From contig JACQAO010000002.1 of the NCBI GenBank assembly GCA_016194935.1, positions 852 to 64,851 on the forward strand: a DNA stretch of 64,000 nt, in the 5' to 3' direction. A program made the translations under genes and the position numbers. The notes under the pieces were generated by a model. The model ran no database searches, was not told the DNA's origin, and saw nothing but the letters and a program-made list of their open reading frames with translations. The DNA comes from Betaproteobacteria bacterium (GTDB lineage: Bacteria; Pseudomonadota; Gammaproteobacteria; Burkholderiales; Rhodocyclaceae). Shown here one piece after another: positions 1 to 9,867 of this stretch. Each line of letters starts with the position of its first letter. Position 1 is the stretch's first letter.

Positions 1-30
1 ATTTTTTCCCATCTTAATCCCATCCTGTTT

Positions 31-1614
31 TTGCAAACCTTTGTTGCCCAGAGTGTCGAGGTCAGCGCGAAGAGGGGTGGCGGCAAAGGTAATGAACGCC
101 TGAAATACATCGAACAACTCGGCCTCACCGCAAGCGGCTGCTTTGAGACCGCGTATCGCCAAGAGTTTGCGCAAGACGGTCCCTTGGATCATGGTAAGTA
201 TGCAGACATGATTGTGGAAATCAAGAATAAGATCGGCGGAAATTTTTCCCGTGCATCAAGCGAACCGGGCGTGGTGCGGGTGGTCAACACGCGCTGCCCG
301 TTTGGGGAGGCCGTAACCCAGGCCCCTGAACTTTGCAGAATGACGTCCAGCGTTTTCGGCGGGATTGCGGCACGTAACTTTGGCTATGCCAAGGTGATCC
401 TGGATAAACGCATTGCCGCCGGAGATGGAATTTGCGAGGCGCGCATCTATACCGATTCCGAGAAGGCCGCTGCCTTAGAAGGGGACGAATACCACCGCGA
501 ACAGGAGATCATACGCGGTCGATCAGCCTCAGCAAAAGCCAGCATCGCTATCGGAAAGCACGATCGGGTAGCCTGGTGCGGCGCCCGTACGAGTAATAAT
601 CTGAATCATCCGCCCATTGTGGCAAAGTCGCCGGCCATGCTCGAGGCGCTGGAGACGGTGAATGTGGTGGCGCCGACCACTGCGACCGTGCTGATCACCG
701 GGGAGACCGGCGTGGGCAAGGAGGTCATTGCCCGCCGCATCCATGCCTTGAGCGAACGCTGGAACCGGAATTTCGTCGCTGTGAACTGCGGCGCTATACC
801 CGAAAATCTGGTCGAGACCACACTCTTCGGACATGAGCGCGGTGCGTTTACCGGCGCCTACGAAGTCCACCACGGACTGTTCGAACAGGCAGAGGGCGGC
901 AGCCTGTTTCTTGACGAGATCGATTCCTTGCCGCTTGCCGCTCAAGTGCGTCTTTTGCGGGTGCTGCAAGACGGTGAGTTTGAGCGAGTGGGCGGCAAGC
1001 AGCGCCTATCCGCAGATGTTCGGGTAATTGCTGCGGCCAGCATCCGGCTGGATAAATTCATTGCCGAGGGTACTTTCCGGGCAGACCTCTACTACCGGAT
1101 TAACGTAGTGCCGATTGTTCTGCCGCCGTTACGCGAACGGCGGGAGGATCTGCCGCCACTGGTCAATCACATCCTTGCCCAGCTCTCCGTGAAGTACGAC
1201 AAACCCGTCAAGGCATTGAGCGCGGAGGCAATCGAGCAGGTAATGAGTTATGACTGGCCCGGAAACGTGCGTGAACTGGAGAACGTGCTGGAGCGCTCGT
1301 TTTTGTTCTCACCCGGCCCTGTTTTGTACGTTGTGCAGTTGCCGAAAACTGAAAACGAAAATACCGCGTCGGCAAGTACCGGGCAACCCTTTGACCAGTC
1401 CCTCAAAGAGGCCAAGCGTCGCGCGGCTGAACATGTGGAGGTTCTGATCCTCAGGGAAGCCTTTACCCGATTCAGTGGCAATGTCAGCGAAGTGGCAAAA
1501 TCCTTGGGGCTTACGCCGAGGGCAATCCATCAGAAACTTAATTTACACAGTATGGATCCCAACGCTTATCGCTCCAAGGCACGGCTCAAAGTCGTACAAT
1601 TTAGAAGCCGGTAA
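31..1614 (+). CDS. sigma-54-dependent transcriptional activator (bEBP) with a Cys-bearing V4R-like N-terminal sensor region; possibly 5'-partial
   Basis: AAA+ EBP motifs: Walker A GETGVGKE, sigma-54 contact loop GAFTGA, Walker B FLDEIDS, C-terminal Fis-type HTH (VSEVAKSLGLTPRAIHQKL). N-terminal region has CPFGE...C...C. The track start is TTG and the frame stays open back to nt 1, so the true start may lie upstream of the window. Confidence 0.85.
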   Translation: MQTFVAQSVEVSAKRGGGKGNERLKYIEQLGLTASGCFETAYRQEFAQDGPLDHGKYADMIVEIKNKIGGNFSRASSEPGVVRVVNTRCPFGEAVTQAPELCRMTSSVFGGIAARNFGYAKVILDKRIAAGDGICEARIYTDSEKAAALEGDEYHREQEIIRGRSASAKASIAIGKHDRVAWCGARTSNNLNHPPIVAKSPAMLEALETVNVVAPTTATVLITGETGVGKEVIARRIHALSERWNRNFVAVNCGAIPENLVETTLFGHERGAFTGAYEVHHGLFEQAEGGSLFLDEIDSLPLAAQVRLLRVLQDGEFERVGGKQRLSADVRVIAAASIRLDKFIAEGTFRADLYYRINVVPIVLPPLRERREDLPPLVNHILAQLSVKYDKPVKALSAEAIEQVMSYDWPGNVRELENVLERSFLFSPGPVLYVVQLPKTENENTASASTGQPFDQSLKEAKRRAAEHVEVLILREAFTRFSGNVSEVAKSLGLTPRAIHQKLNLHSMDPNAYRSKARLKVVQFRSR

Positions 1615-1660
1615 CTGATATTCCCAAGGTAATCAACCTATCATGGAGGAGGGCAATAAC

Positions 1661-2935
1661 ATGGCTCATATCGTAATACTCGGGGCGGGCATCGGCGGCA
1701 TGCCGATGGCCTATGAAATGCGTGAAAGCGTGCGTCCCGGCGACAAGGTGACGGTGATCTCCAACAACCCGAAGTTCCATTTCGTACCCTCCAACCCCTG
1801 GGTGGCGGTGGACTGGCGCAAACGCGACGACATAGAACTGGAAATCGCGCCGGTGCTGGCGAAGAAAAACATCGATTTCATCGGCGTCGGGGCGAAAAGG
1901 GTACACCCGGAAAAAAACCAGATCGAGCTGGATGATGGACGCACGGTCGACTATGACTACCTGGTGATCGCCACCGGACCCAAGCTGGCTTTCGAGGAAG
2001 TTGAAGGGCTGGGGCCGAACGGACACACGCATTCGATCTGCCATGTCGACCATGCGGTCGAGGCGGAAAAAGGCTGGCAGGAATTCGTCAAGAATCCCGG
2101 TCATGTGGTGATCGGCGCGGTGCAGATGGCTTCCTGCTATGGCCCGGCCTACGAGTTTGCAATGATCATGGACACCGATCTGCGCAAACGCAAAATCCGT
2201 GACAAGGTGCCGATGACCTTCGTCACTGCCGAGCCTTACATCGGTCATCTCGGCCTGGGCGGCGTGGGCGACTCGAAGGGCTTGATCGAGTCGATCATGC
2301 GCGACCGCCACATCAAATGGATCTGCAACGCCAAGACCACCAAGGTCGAGGCCGGCAAGATGTACGTCACCGAGCACAACGAGGACGGCACGCCGAAGAA
2401 GGAGCATGTGCTGGAATTCAAATACTCGATGATGCTGCCGGCTTTCAAGGGCGTGGATGCGGTGATCGGCATCGAAGGCTTGGCCAATCCGCGCGGCTTT
2501 ATCCTGATCGACGCGCACCAGCGCAACCCGAAATTCAAGAACATCTATGCGGTCGGTGTCTGCGTTGCCATTCCGCCGGTGGAAGCCACACCGGTGCCGA
2601 CCGGTGCGCCGAAAACCGGCTATATGATCGAGTCCATGGTCAGCGCCACGGTGCACAATATCCGCGATGAGCTGAATGGCAAGGCGCCCAGCCACAAGGC
2701 CACCTGGAATGCCGTCTGCCTGGCCGATTTCGGCGATACCGGCGCTTGCTTCGTGGCCCTGCCGCAGATTCCGCCGCGCAATGTGAACTGGTTTTCAGAA
2801 GGCAAGTGGGTGCATCTGGCCAAAGTCGCCTTCGAAAAATATTTCATGCGCAAAATGAAGAAGGGTACCAGCGAGCATGTGTTCGAGAAAATGGTGATGA
2901 GCGCGCTGGGCATCATGAAACTCAAAGACAAGTAA
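1661..2935 (+). CDS. sqr: sulfide:quinone oxidoreductase, type I
   Basis: MAHIVILGAGIGG Rossmann/FAD motif. Overall resemblance to Acidithiobacillus/Aquifex-type SQR as I recall it, including Cys in HSIC, ASCYGPAYEF and AVCLADFGD contexts. GGAGGAGGG RBS ends 7 nt before ATG 1661 (the track ORF starts at 1643 inside that RBS). Confidence 0.9.
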   Translation: MAHIVILGAGIGGMPMAYEMRESVRPGDKVTVISNNPKFHFVPSNPWVAVDWRKRDDIELEIAPVLAKKNIDFIGVGAKRVHPEKNQIELDDGRTVDYDYLVIATGPKLAFEEVEGLGPNGHTHSICHVDHAVEAEKGWQEFVKNPGHVVIGAVQMASCYGPAYEFAMIMDTDLRKRKIRDKVPMTFVTAEPYIGHLGLGGVGDSKGLIESIMRDRHIKWICNAKTTKVEAGKMYVTEHNEDGTPKKEHVLEFKYSMMLPAFKGVDAVIGIEGLANPRGFILIDAHQRNPKFKNIYAVGVCVAIPPVEATPVPTGAPKTGYMIESMVSATVHNIRDELNGKAPSHKATWNAVCLADFGDTGACFVALPQIPPRNVNWFSEGKWVHLAKVAFEKYFMRKMKKGTSEHVFEKMVMSALGIMKLKDK

Positions 2936-2950
2936 GCACCGACAGGCACG

Positions 2951-2987
2951 CGGGGCGCGGGCTTTCGTCCGCGCCCCGTATTTTTTA
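2951..2987 (+). terminator. rho-independent terminator after sqr
   Basis: 10-bp GC stem CGGGGCGCGG (2951-2960) / CCGCGCCCCG (2969-2978), 8-nt loop, then a TTTTTT run at 2981-2986. Confidence 0.8.
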
Positions 2988-3004
2988 GGATATACGGAAC
3001 AGAT

Positions 3005-6000
3005 ATGGGACTTTCAGGCCGCATCGCCGAATTTTTTCTGCGCAACTCGATGACACCGCTGATCGCACTGATCGCGCTGTTGCTGGGCGCGTTTGCCGTG
3101 CTGGTGACACCGCGCGAGGAAGAGCCGCAGATCAATGTGACCATGGCGAACGTGTTCATCCCGTTTCCCGGCGCTTCGGCCAAGGATGTCGAGGCGCTGG
3201 TGGCGCGCCCGGCGGAGCAGGTGCTGTCGCGCATTTCCGGCATCGAACATGTTTACTCGGTATCGCGCCCCGGCATGGCGGTGATTACCGTGCAGTATGT
3301 AGTCGGCGAAGACCCGATCCAGGCGCTGGTGCGTTTGTATGACACCATCAACTCCCATCGTGACTGGGTCTCGCCGAATCTCGGGGTGCTCGACCCGATC
3401 ATCAAGCCCAAGGGCATTGACGATGTACCCATCGTCACGCTGACTTTCTGGAGCCCCGATTCCGCCAAGTCGGCCTTCGAGTTGCAGCAGGTGGCGCGCG
3501 CGGCCGAGATTGATCTCAAGCGGATTGCCGGCACGCGCGACGTGGTCACCATCGGCGGACCCGGCCATGTGATTCGCGTCGTCATGGATTCCGAGCGGAT
3601 GAATGCTTACGGCGTTACCGCGCAGGATCTCAAGGCGGCCCTGCAAGTCTCGAACGCTTCGCAGCCGTCCGGCAACCTGGTCAGCGGCAACCAGGAAATG
3701 CTGGTGCAGACCGGCACCTACATCGAGTCGGCTGGCGACGTCAAACGGCTGGTGGTGGGGGTGCATGCAGGCAAGCCGGTATTCATGTCGGATGTGGCCG
3801 GCGTCATCGACGGCGCGGATCAACCGTCGAGTTACGTCTGGTTCGGCACGGGCGCCGCAGCCAAGACCAAAGGCATCAGCGTGCAGGGAGAGTTTCCCGC
3901 CGTGACGCTGTCGGTGTCGAAAAAACCCGGAGTGAACGCCGCCGATGTCGCCTCGGCGGTAATCGCCCGCGCCCAGGCATTGAAAGGTATGGTGATTCCC
4001 GAAGGCGTCGAGTTTACCGTGACGCGCAATTATGGCGAGACGGCCACCGATAAGGCGCAAAAGCTGATCGGCAAGCTGATTTTCGCCACCGCTTTCGTAG
4101 TGCTGCTGGTGCTGCTGGCGCTAGGCAGGCGCGAGGCGGTGATCGTCGGCGTGGCGGTGTCGCTGACGCTGGCGTCGACGCTGTTTGCTTCCTGGGCGTG
4201 GGGCTTTACCCTCAACCGCGTGTCGCTGTTCGCGCTGATTTTTTCCATCGGCATTCTTGTCGACGACGCCATAGTGGTGGTCGAGAACATACACCGCTGG
4301 CATACGCTGGCGCCGGGGAAACCTCTCTGGCAGATCATCCCGTTGGCGGTGGATGAAGTCGGCGGGCCGACCATACTCGCTACCCTCACGGTGATCGCGG
4401 CGCTTTTGCCGATGGCTTTCGTGAGCGGACTGATGGGCCCCTACATGAGCCCGATCCCGATCAACGCCTCGATGGGCATGTTCATCTCGCTGGCCATCGC
4501 CTTCATCATTACGCCCTGGCTGGCTTTGAAGTTGCTGGGCGGCAAGGATGGGCATGGTCAACATGTTGCGCCGGCTGGCGAGCAGCGCGCGGGAAAGCTG
4601 GAGCGACTGTTCCGCCGCGTGCTCACGCCCTTTCTCGACGAGAACAGCGGCAAGCGCGCCCGGCGCAAACTGTGGATCGGCTTACTGGTGGCGATTCTTG
4701 CTTCGGTGTCGCTGGTGGCGGTCAAACTGGTGGTAATGAAAATGCTGCCTTTCGACAACAAAAGTGAATTTCAAGTCGTGCTCGACATGCCGGTCGGCAC
4801 ACCGCTGGAAGATACCGCCAAGGTGCTGCGCGCGCTTGGCGAGCATCTGGCGACGGTGGAGGAAGTCAGCGATTACCAGGCTTACGCCGGCATCTCCAGT
4901 CCCATCAACTTCAATGGCCTGGTGCGTCAATACTATCTGCGCACCAATTCGGAGATGGGCGACATCCAGGTCAACCTCGCCGACAAGAAACATCGTCATC
5001 GCCAGAGTCACGAGGTTGCGGTGGCGGTGCGCGCCGCACTGACAACCATCGCCCGCAAATACGGCGGCAACGTCAAGGTGGTGGAAGTGCCGCCGGGACC
5101 GCCGGTGCTCTCGCCGATCGTCGCCGAAATTTATGGCCCCGACTACGCCGGCCAGATCGCCGTGGCGAAACTGGTGCGCCAGCAGTTCGAAAACTCCGCC
5201 GACATTATCGGGGTCGACGACAGCAGTTCCGCTCCGGCGCAGAAAATCGTCCTGCATGTGATGCAAAGCAAAGCAGCGCTGCTGGGCGTGGCGCAGCAGG
5301 ACATCGTTGATGTGGTGCGCCTGGGGCTGGCTGGCGAGGATGTGACGCCGGTGCATGATGGCGATGCAAAATACGAAATCCCGGTACGCATCACCCTGCC
5401 GGCGGAAAAACAGAACTCGATCGACCAGTTGCTGAAATTGCTGGTGCGTTCCCGCGACGGCCATCTGGTGCCGATCTCCGAGGTGACTGAAGCACGCATG
5501 CAGCCGCGCGAACAGGTGATTTACCACAAGGACCTGCTGCCAGTGGTATACGTCACCGGCGACATGGGCGGCAAACTTGATTCGCCGTTGTACGGCATGT
5601 TCGAAATTCGCGCCCGGCTCAAGAACCTGCCGTTGACCAAGGTGGCCGGCGGCGGCACGCTGGGCGAATACTTCATCAAGCAGCCGCAGGATCCCTACGC
5701 CGGTTACAGCCTCAAATGGGACGGCGAATGGCAGGTGACCTATGAAACTTTCCGCGACATGGGCATCGCTTATGCCGTGGGCCTGGTGCTGATTTACCTG
5801 CTGGTGGTGGCGCAATTTAAATCGTATCTTGTGCCGCTCATCATCATGGCGCCGATCCCGCTCACCATCATCGGCGTGATGCCCGGCCATGCGCTGTTCG
5901 GTTCGCAATTTACCGCAACTTCGATGATCGGCATGATCGCCCTGGCCGGCATCATCGTGCGCAATTCGATCCTGCTGGTGGATTTCATCAACCAGCAAGT

Positions 6001-6250
6001 AGCCGAAGGCAAGGGCTTTGCCGAAGCGGTGATCCAGTCCGCCATCGTCCGCGCCAAGCCCATTGTGCTAACCGGCCTGGCGGCCATGCTGGGGGCCTTG
6101 TTCATCCTCGACGATCCAATCTTCAACGGGCTCGCGCTGGCGCTGATTTTCGGCATCCTGGTCTCCACCGTGCTGACACTGGTGGTGATTCCGGTTCTCT
6201 ATTACGCCGCGATGCGCGGCAACTTAAACTTACTCAAGGAAAAATTATGA
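3005..6250 (+). CDS. RND efflux transporter permease (AcrB/AcrD/AcrF family)
   Basis: 1081 aa with typical RND architecture: N-terminal TM, large periplasmic loops, two TM bundles (e.g. FSIGILVDDAIVVVENI, GIIVRNSILLVDF). No membrane-fusion or outer-membrane partner gene adjacent. Confidence 0.9.
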   Translation: MGLSGRIAEFFLRNSMTPLIALIALLLGAFAVLVTPREEEPQINVTMANVFIPFPGASAKDVEALVARPAEQVLSRISGIEHVYSVSRPGMAVITVQYVVGEDPIQALVRLYDTINSHRDWVSPNLGVLDPIIKPKGIDDVPIVTLTFWSPDSAKSAFELQQVARAAEIDLKRIAGTRDVVTIGGPGHVIRVVMDSERMNAYGVTAQDLKAALQVSNASQPSGNLVSGNQEMLVQTGTYIESAGDVKRLVVGVHAGKPVFMSDVAGVIDGADQPSSYVWFGTGAAAKTKGISVQGEFPAVTLSVSKKPGVNAADVASAVIARAQALKGMVIPEGVEFTVTRNYGETATDKAQKLIGKLIFATAFVVLLVLLALGRREAVIVGVAVSLTLASTLFASWAWGFTLNRVSLFALIFSIGILVDDAIVVVENIHRWHTLAPGKPLWQIIPLAVDEVGGPTILATLTVIAALLPMAFVSGLMGPYMSPIPINASMGMFISLAIAFIITPWLALKLLGGKDGHGQHVAPAGEQRAGKLERLFRRVLTPFLDENSGKRARRKLWIGLLVAILASVSLVAVKLVVMKMLPFDNKSEFQVVLDMPVGTPLEDTAKVLRALGEHLATVEEVSDYQAYAGISSPINFNGLVRQYYLRTNSEMGDIQVNLADKKHRHRQSHEVAVAVRAALTTIARKYGGNVKVVEVPPGPPVLSPIVAEIYGPDYAGQIAVAKLVRQQFENSADIIGVDDSSSAPAQKIVLHVMQSKAALLGVAQQDIVDVVRLGLAGEDVTPVHDGDAKYEIPVRITLPAEKQNSIDQLLKLLVRSRDGHLVPISEVTEARMQPREQVIYHKDLLPVVYVTGDMGGKLDSPLYGMFEIRARLKNLPLTKVAGGGTLGEYFIKQPQDPYAGYSLKWDGEWQVTYETFRDMGIAYAVGLVLIYLLVVAQFKSYLVPLIIMAPIPLTIIGVMPGHALFGSQFTATSMIGMIALAGIIVRNSILLVDFINQQVAEGKGFAEAVIQSAIVRAKPIVLTGLAAMLGALFILDDPIFNGLALALIFGILVSTVLTLVVIPVLYYAAMRGNLNLLKEKL

Positions 6251-6471
6251 CCGTCAATCAAATCGTACGTATCGTCGCCGGCTTTTTTGTTATGCTTTCG
6301 CTCGCGCTTGGCGTCGAAGGCAGCCCACTGTTTGTCAGCCATTACTGGTTGTGGCTGACGTTGTTTGTCGGCGCCAACCTGTTTCAAAGCGGGTTCACCA
6401 GGTTCTGTCCGCTCGACATGCTGTTAGTTAAACTGGGCGTCAAGGAAAATAGCGGTACCGGCTGCGCCTGA
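6247..6471 (+). CDS. DUF2892 / YgaP-like small membrane protein
   Basis: 74 aa with two TM helices and the conserved ...GFTRFCPLDMLL... motif typical of DUF2892. The start overlaps the RND stop (ATGA at 6247-6250). Confidence 0.7.
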   Translation: MTVNQIVRIVAGFFVMLSLALGVEGSPLFVSHYWLWLTLFVGANLFQSGFTRFCPLDMLLVKLGVKENSGTGCA

Positions 6472-6532
6472 CTCCGGCTCAGCCGGAACCGCATAACCCC
6501 GCTATAGCTCAATTTCAACCGATGCGCCGGGC

Positions 6533-8833
6533 ATGCTGCGCCGGCCAAGTTTCGACGGGACTTTTTTGATCGCGTTTCCAGGAATGAGAGCCTGGCGGGA
6601 GCGTCTTCTCGCCTTTCACCCGGTGTGGATCGCCGCGCTGGTTTTCCTGTTCGCGGGATCAGTCACGGTACTGGCCTGGCGCTGGCTGGCGGCGGGTGAA
6701 GTTATCGAGGCGCGCCGCGATTTCGAACATACCGCCGATGCGGCCATCTCCCTGCTGGAGAGCCGGTTGCGCGCCTACGACGAGACATTGCGGGCCGCTG
6801 GCGCTTTCCATCGGGCAGCCGGCGGCATGACGCGCAAAAAGTGGAACACATTTGTCGACAAGCTTGATCTTCCCCAGGTCTATCCCGGCATACAGGCACT
6901 GGCTTATTCGTCGCGCGTCGCGGCGGATGATTTGCCGCAGTTTATCGCCTCCCATCGCGCCGAAGGTCAGGCGAATTACACAGCGTTTCCCCACGGTGCG
7001 CGCCCTTACTATCAGTTGGTGGAATATGTTTTTCCGGAAACTCCACTGAATCTGCGCGCGCTGGGCTACGACATGGCGACGCATGCGCTGCGGCGCGCAG
7101 CCATGGATGCTGCGCGTGATCAAGCGCGTACCGCAATGTCCGGAAAAATCAGGCTGATACAGGATGACCGTAGCGGTCAAACGGGGTTCTTGATGTTCCA
7201 TCCCCTCTACCGGGGCGACAGCGACCCGCCGCCTGAGCAGCGGCGTGAGCGCTTGACCGGCTTTGTTGTCGCGGCTTTCCGGGTGCGGGATTTCATGCTG
7301 GCCAGTTTTGCGGAAGAATTGCCGAGCGAATTTTCGGTACGCATATTCGATGCCGCCATGCCGCTTGGCAATGAATCGCTGATGTTCGATTCGGACAGTA
7401 AATTGGATCGTAACAACCGCCTGTTCCATTACGAGAGCGTATTCAGTTTTGGCGGCCACGCCTGGCAACTGAGTTTCGACTCTACCCCGGTTCTGGAAAA
7501 CAGGATCGATCATGGACGATCCCGGCTGGCCTTACAGAGCGGCCTCCTGATAACGCTGCTGCTGACCGCTCTGGCCTGGACGCTCTCCGGATCACGCGAA
7601 CTGGCTTTGCGCCGGGCCAGGGAGATGACCGTCGATTTACGGGCCGGCGAAGAGCGTTTCCGCAGACTTTCCGAGCTATCGTCCGACTGGTTCTGGGAAC
7701 AGGACAGCGAGTTCCGTTTTGTCGAGCTGCCCCGCAACCAGTCCAACAAAGGCGGTCTGGACACACAACGCGTGCTCGGTTTGCATCGCTGGGATTTGCC
7801 CATCAGGCTTTCACCGGAACAATGGGCGGCGCATCGCGCAGTGCTGGAGGCACACCTGCCCTTCCGCGATTTTGAGTACCAGATACAGGGCGAAGACGGG
7901 CCGGATGACCTGCGCTGGATCTCCATCAGCGGCGAACCTCTGTTCGATGGAGAAGGACGCTTCACCGGCTATAGCGGCGTCGGCAAGAACATCACCGAAC
8001 GCCGTCATGCCGGGGAAGAGTTGAAGCAGCACCGCAACAACTTGCAGGAATTGGTGGGCGAACAGACGGCGGATTTGCTGAGAGCCAAGCGTGCTGCGGA
8101 GAGCGCCAACCAGGCCAAGTCGGAATTTCTCGCCAATATGTCGCATGAATTGCGCACTCCGATGCACGCCATCCTCAGTTTTGCCCGCATCGGCATTGAC
8201 AAGACGGCAACCGCCAGCCCCGAAAAAATCAGCGGTTATTTTTCCCGTATCCTGATGAGCGGCGAGCGTCTGCTGGTCTTGATCAACGGCCTGCTGGATT
8301 TGTCCAAGCTGGAAGCCGGCAAAATGGCCATAGATCGCAAGCCGGTCGACCTGGCCGAAATTGTCCGCGAAGCGCTCAGTGAATTCGAGGCATTGAGCGC
8401 CTCCAAGTTTCTGCATGTCGTCTTCGAGCCGCCGGCAGGCGATACTTACGCCAGCATGGATGCCCTGCGCATCAGCCAGGTGGTGCGCAATCTGCTCTCC
8501 AACGCCATCAAATTCTCACCACCCGAGTCCCGCATCAGAATCATGATTGATTCCGGGGAATTGCATAACGGGCGGCGAGCGCAGGACCAGGGGGTGGTGC
8601 CGGCGATACGGCTGCGGGTGGTTGACGCTGGCGTCGGCATTCCCAAGGACGAATTGCTGACTGTCTTCGACAAATTTACCCAGAGCGGCGCCACCCGCAC
8701 CGGTGCGGGCGGCACCGGGCTTGGCCTGGCGATCTGCAAGGAGATTGTGACTACCCACCGGGGAAGTATTCGCGCTTACAATAACGCCCGCGGCGGCGCT
8801 ACTTTTGAGGTGCTGTTGCCGCGCAGTGAGTAA
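6533..8833 (+). CDS. sensor histidine kinase with periplasmic CHASE-like domain and PAS domain
   Basis: TM segments flank a CHASE-like region (YPGIQALAYS..., ALGYDM...). PAS-like region follows, then H-box SHELRTPMH and ATPase boxes NLLSNAIKF, DAGVGIP, GTGLGLAI. Confidence 0.85.
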   Translation: MLRRPSFDGTFLIAFPGMRAWRERLLAFHPVWIAALVFLFAGSVTVLAWRWLAAGEVIEARRDFEHTADAAISLLESRLRAYDETLRAAGAFHRAAGGMTRKKWNTFVDKLDLPQVYPGIQALAYSSRVAADDLPQFIASHRAEGQANYTAFPHGARPYYQLVEYVFPETPLNLRALGYDMATHALRRAAMDAARDQARTAMSGKIRLIQDDRSGQTGFLMFHPLYRGDSDPPPEQRRERLTGFVVAAFRVRDFMLASFAEELPSEFSVRIFDAAMPLGNESLMFDSDSKLDRNNRLFHYESVFSFGGHAWQLSFDSTPVLENRIDHGRSRLALQSGLLITLLLTALAWTLSGSRELALRRAREMTVDLRAGEERFRRLSELSSDWFWEQDSEFRFVELPRNQSNKGGLDTQRVLGLHRWDLPIRLSPEQWAAHRAVLEAHLPFRDFEYQIQGEDGPDDLRWISISGEPLFDGEGRFTGYSGVGKNITERRHAGEELKQHRNNLQELVGEQTADLLRAKRAAESANQAKSEFLANMSHELRTPMHAILSFARIGIDKTATASPEKISGYFSRILMSGERLLVLINGLLDLSKLEAGKMAIDRKPVDLAEIVREALSEFEALSASKFLHVVFEPPAGDTYASMDALRISQVVRNLLSNAIKFSPPESRIRIMIDSGELHNGRRAQDQGVVPAIRLRVVDAGVGIPKDELLTVFDKFTQSGATRTGAGGTGLGLAICKEIVTTHRGSIRAYNNARGGATFEVLLPRSE

Positions 8834-8882
8834 TTGATCAACGTGAGTTCTGCCGTACATTTGCCACCCAGTACACAAAGAT

Positions 8883-9812
8883 ATGAAAAAATGGCGTCTG
8901 CTGGTCGTCGATGACGAACCGCTGAATCTGGAAATCATCGCTGAATTTCTCGATGAGGCTCACTTCGACCTGGACTTGACGCTCAACGCCGAGCGCGCAC
9001 TGGAAAAACTTGAGGCGCCCGACGCCAAATACGATCTGATTGTGCTGGATCGCATGATGCCGGGCATGAGCGGCATCGAGTTTCTCCGCCTGATCAAGGG
9101 CGAACGGCGTTTCCAGCGCATCCCGGTGATCATGCAGACTGCGGCGTCTGCGCCCGAACAGGTACGCGAGGGGATCGAGGCCGGCGCCTACTATTACCTG
9201 ACCAAGCCCTACGAGCCGAAAGCGTTGCTGGCGATTATCCGCGCCGCGCTTGCCGACATGGAGGATCAGGCGAAGCAGGCGGTGACGGTGGAGCAGATGC
9301 AACACCAGTCGGACGCGCTGCGTCTGGTCTCTCACGCCGAATTTCGTTTCGCCACGCTTGCCGAAGCGCGCGCCCTCGCCGCCTTGCTCGCCGCATTATG
9401 TCCGGCGCCGGATATGGCGGCGATGGGTTTGTCGGAATTGCTGGTGAATGCCGTCGAGCACGGTAATCTCGGCATCAGCTATGCCGAGAAATCGCATCTC
9501 AATCGGGAGGGCGGCTGGGCCGATGAAATCGCGCGCCGCCTGACCCAGCCAGAATATCAAGGACGTTTTGCAACTGTCTGTATCGAGCGCGACCCTGGGA
9601 AAATTATTTTTTATATCAGCGACCAGGGTGCCGGATTCGATTGGCGAAATTACCTCGAAATGGACCCCGCGAGGGCCTTTGACCCCAACGGTCGGGGCAT
9701 AGCCATGGCGAGACAAATCAGTTTCAACAGCCTGAAATATCTTGGTTGCGGTAACAAGGCGGTGGCGACGATAGACTTGCCACTTTCCCCGCCTGTGGGC
9801 GGGACACACTAA
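8883..9812 (+). CDS. response regulator receiver fused to a GHKL (SpoIIAB/RsbW-like) ATPase domain
   Basis: REC motifs (LVVDDEP, DLIVLDRMMPGMSG, KP). The C-terminal half has an N-box ELLVNAVEHGN, G1-like DQGAGFD and G2-like GRGIAMAR. Confidence 0.8.
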   Translation: MKKWRLLVVDDEPLNLEIIAEFLDEAHFDLDLTLNAERALEKLEAPDAKYDLIVLDRMMPGMSGIEFLRLIKGERRFQRIPVIMQTAASAPEQVREGIEAGAYYYLTKPYEPKALLAIIRAALADMEDQAKQAVTVEQMQHQSDALRLVSHAEFRFATLAEARALAALLAALCPAPDMAAMGLSELLVNAVEHGNLGISYAEKSHLNREGGWADEIARRLTQPEYQGRFATVCIERDPGKIIFYISDQGAGFDWRNYLEMDPARAFDPNGRGIAMARQISFNSLKYLGCGNKAVATIDLPLSPPVGGTH

Positions 9813-9867
9813 ACGAATCGGATACGGGCGACTGCGCCAGCCGCATACATCTCAAGGTTCATCTCTC

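Noticed and set aside
1493-1507. Possible sigma-54 promoter for sqr inside the 3' end of the activator gene (TGGCAAAATCCTTGG)
   Set aside because: It has the -24 GG, but the -12 element reads TTGG instead of TTGC and the flanks do not fit the consensus. This is too weak to call.
1601-2695. Long antisense ORFs opposite well-supported genes (e.g. 1601-2695, 3014-4060, 4682-5998, 14297-15733, 31710-33107, 36532-37749, 47874-49136 on minus; 19476-20213, 25301-26179, 26052-27032, 34398-35897 on plus)
   Set aside because: Their translations are Arg/His/Gly/Ala/Gln-rich and low in complexity, with no recognisable motifs. Each is fully shadowed by a gene with clear family signatures. This is typical of stop-poor antisense frames in GC-rich DNA.
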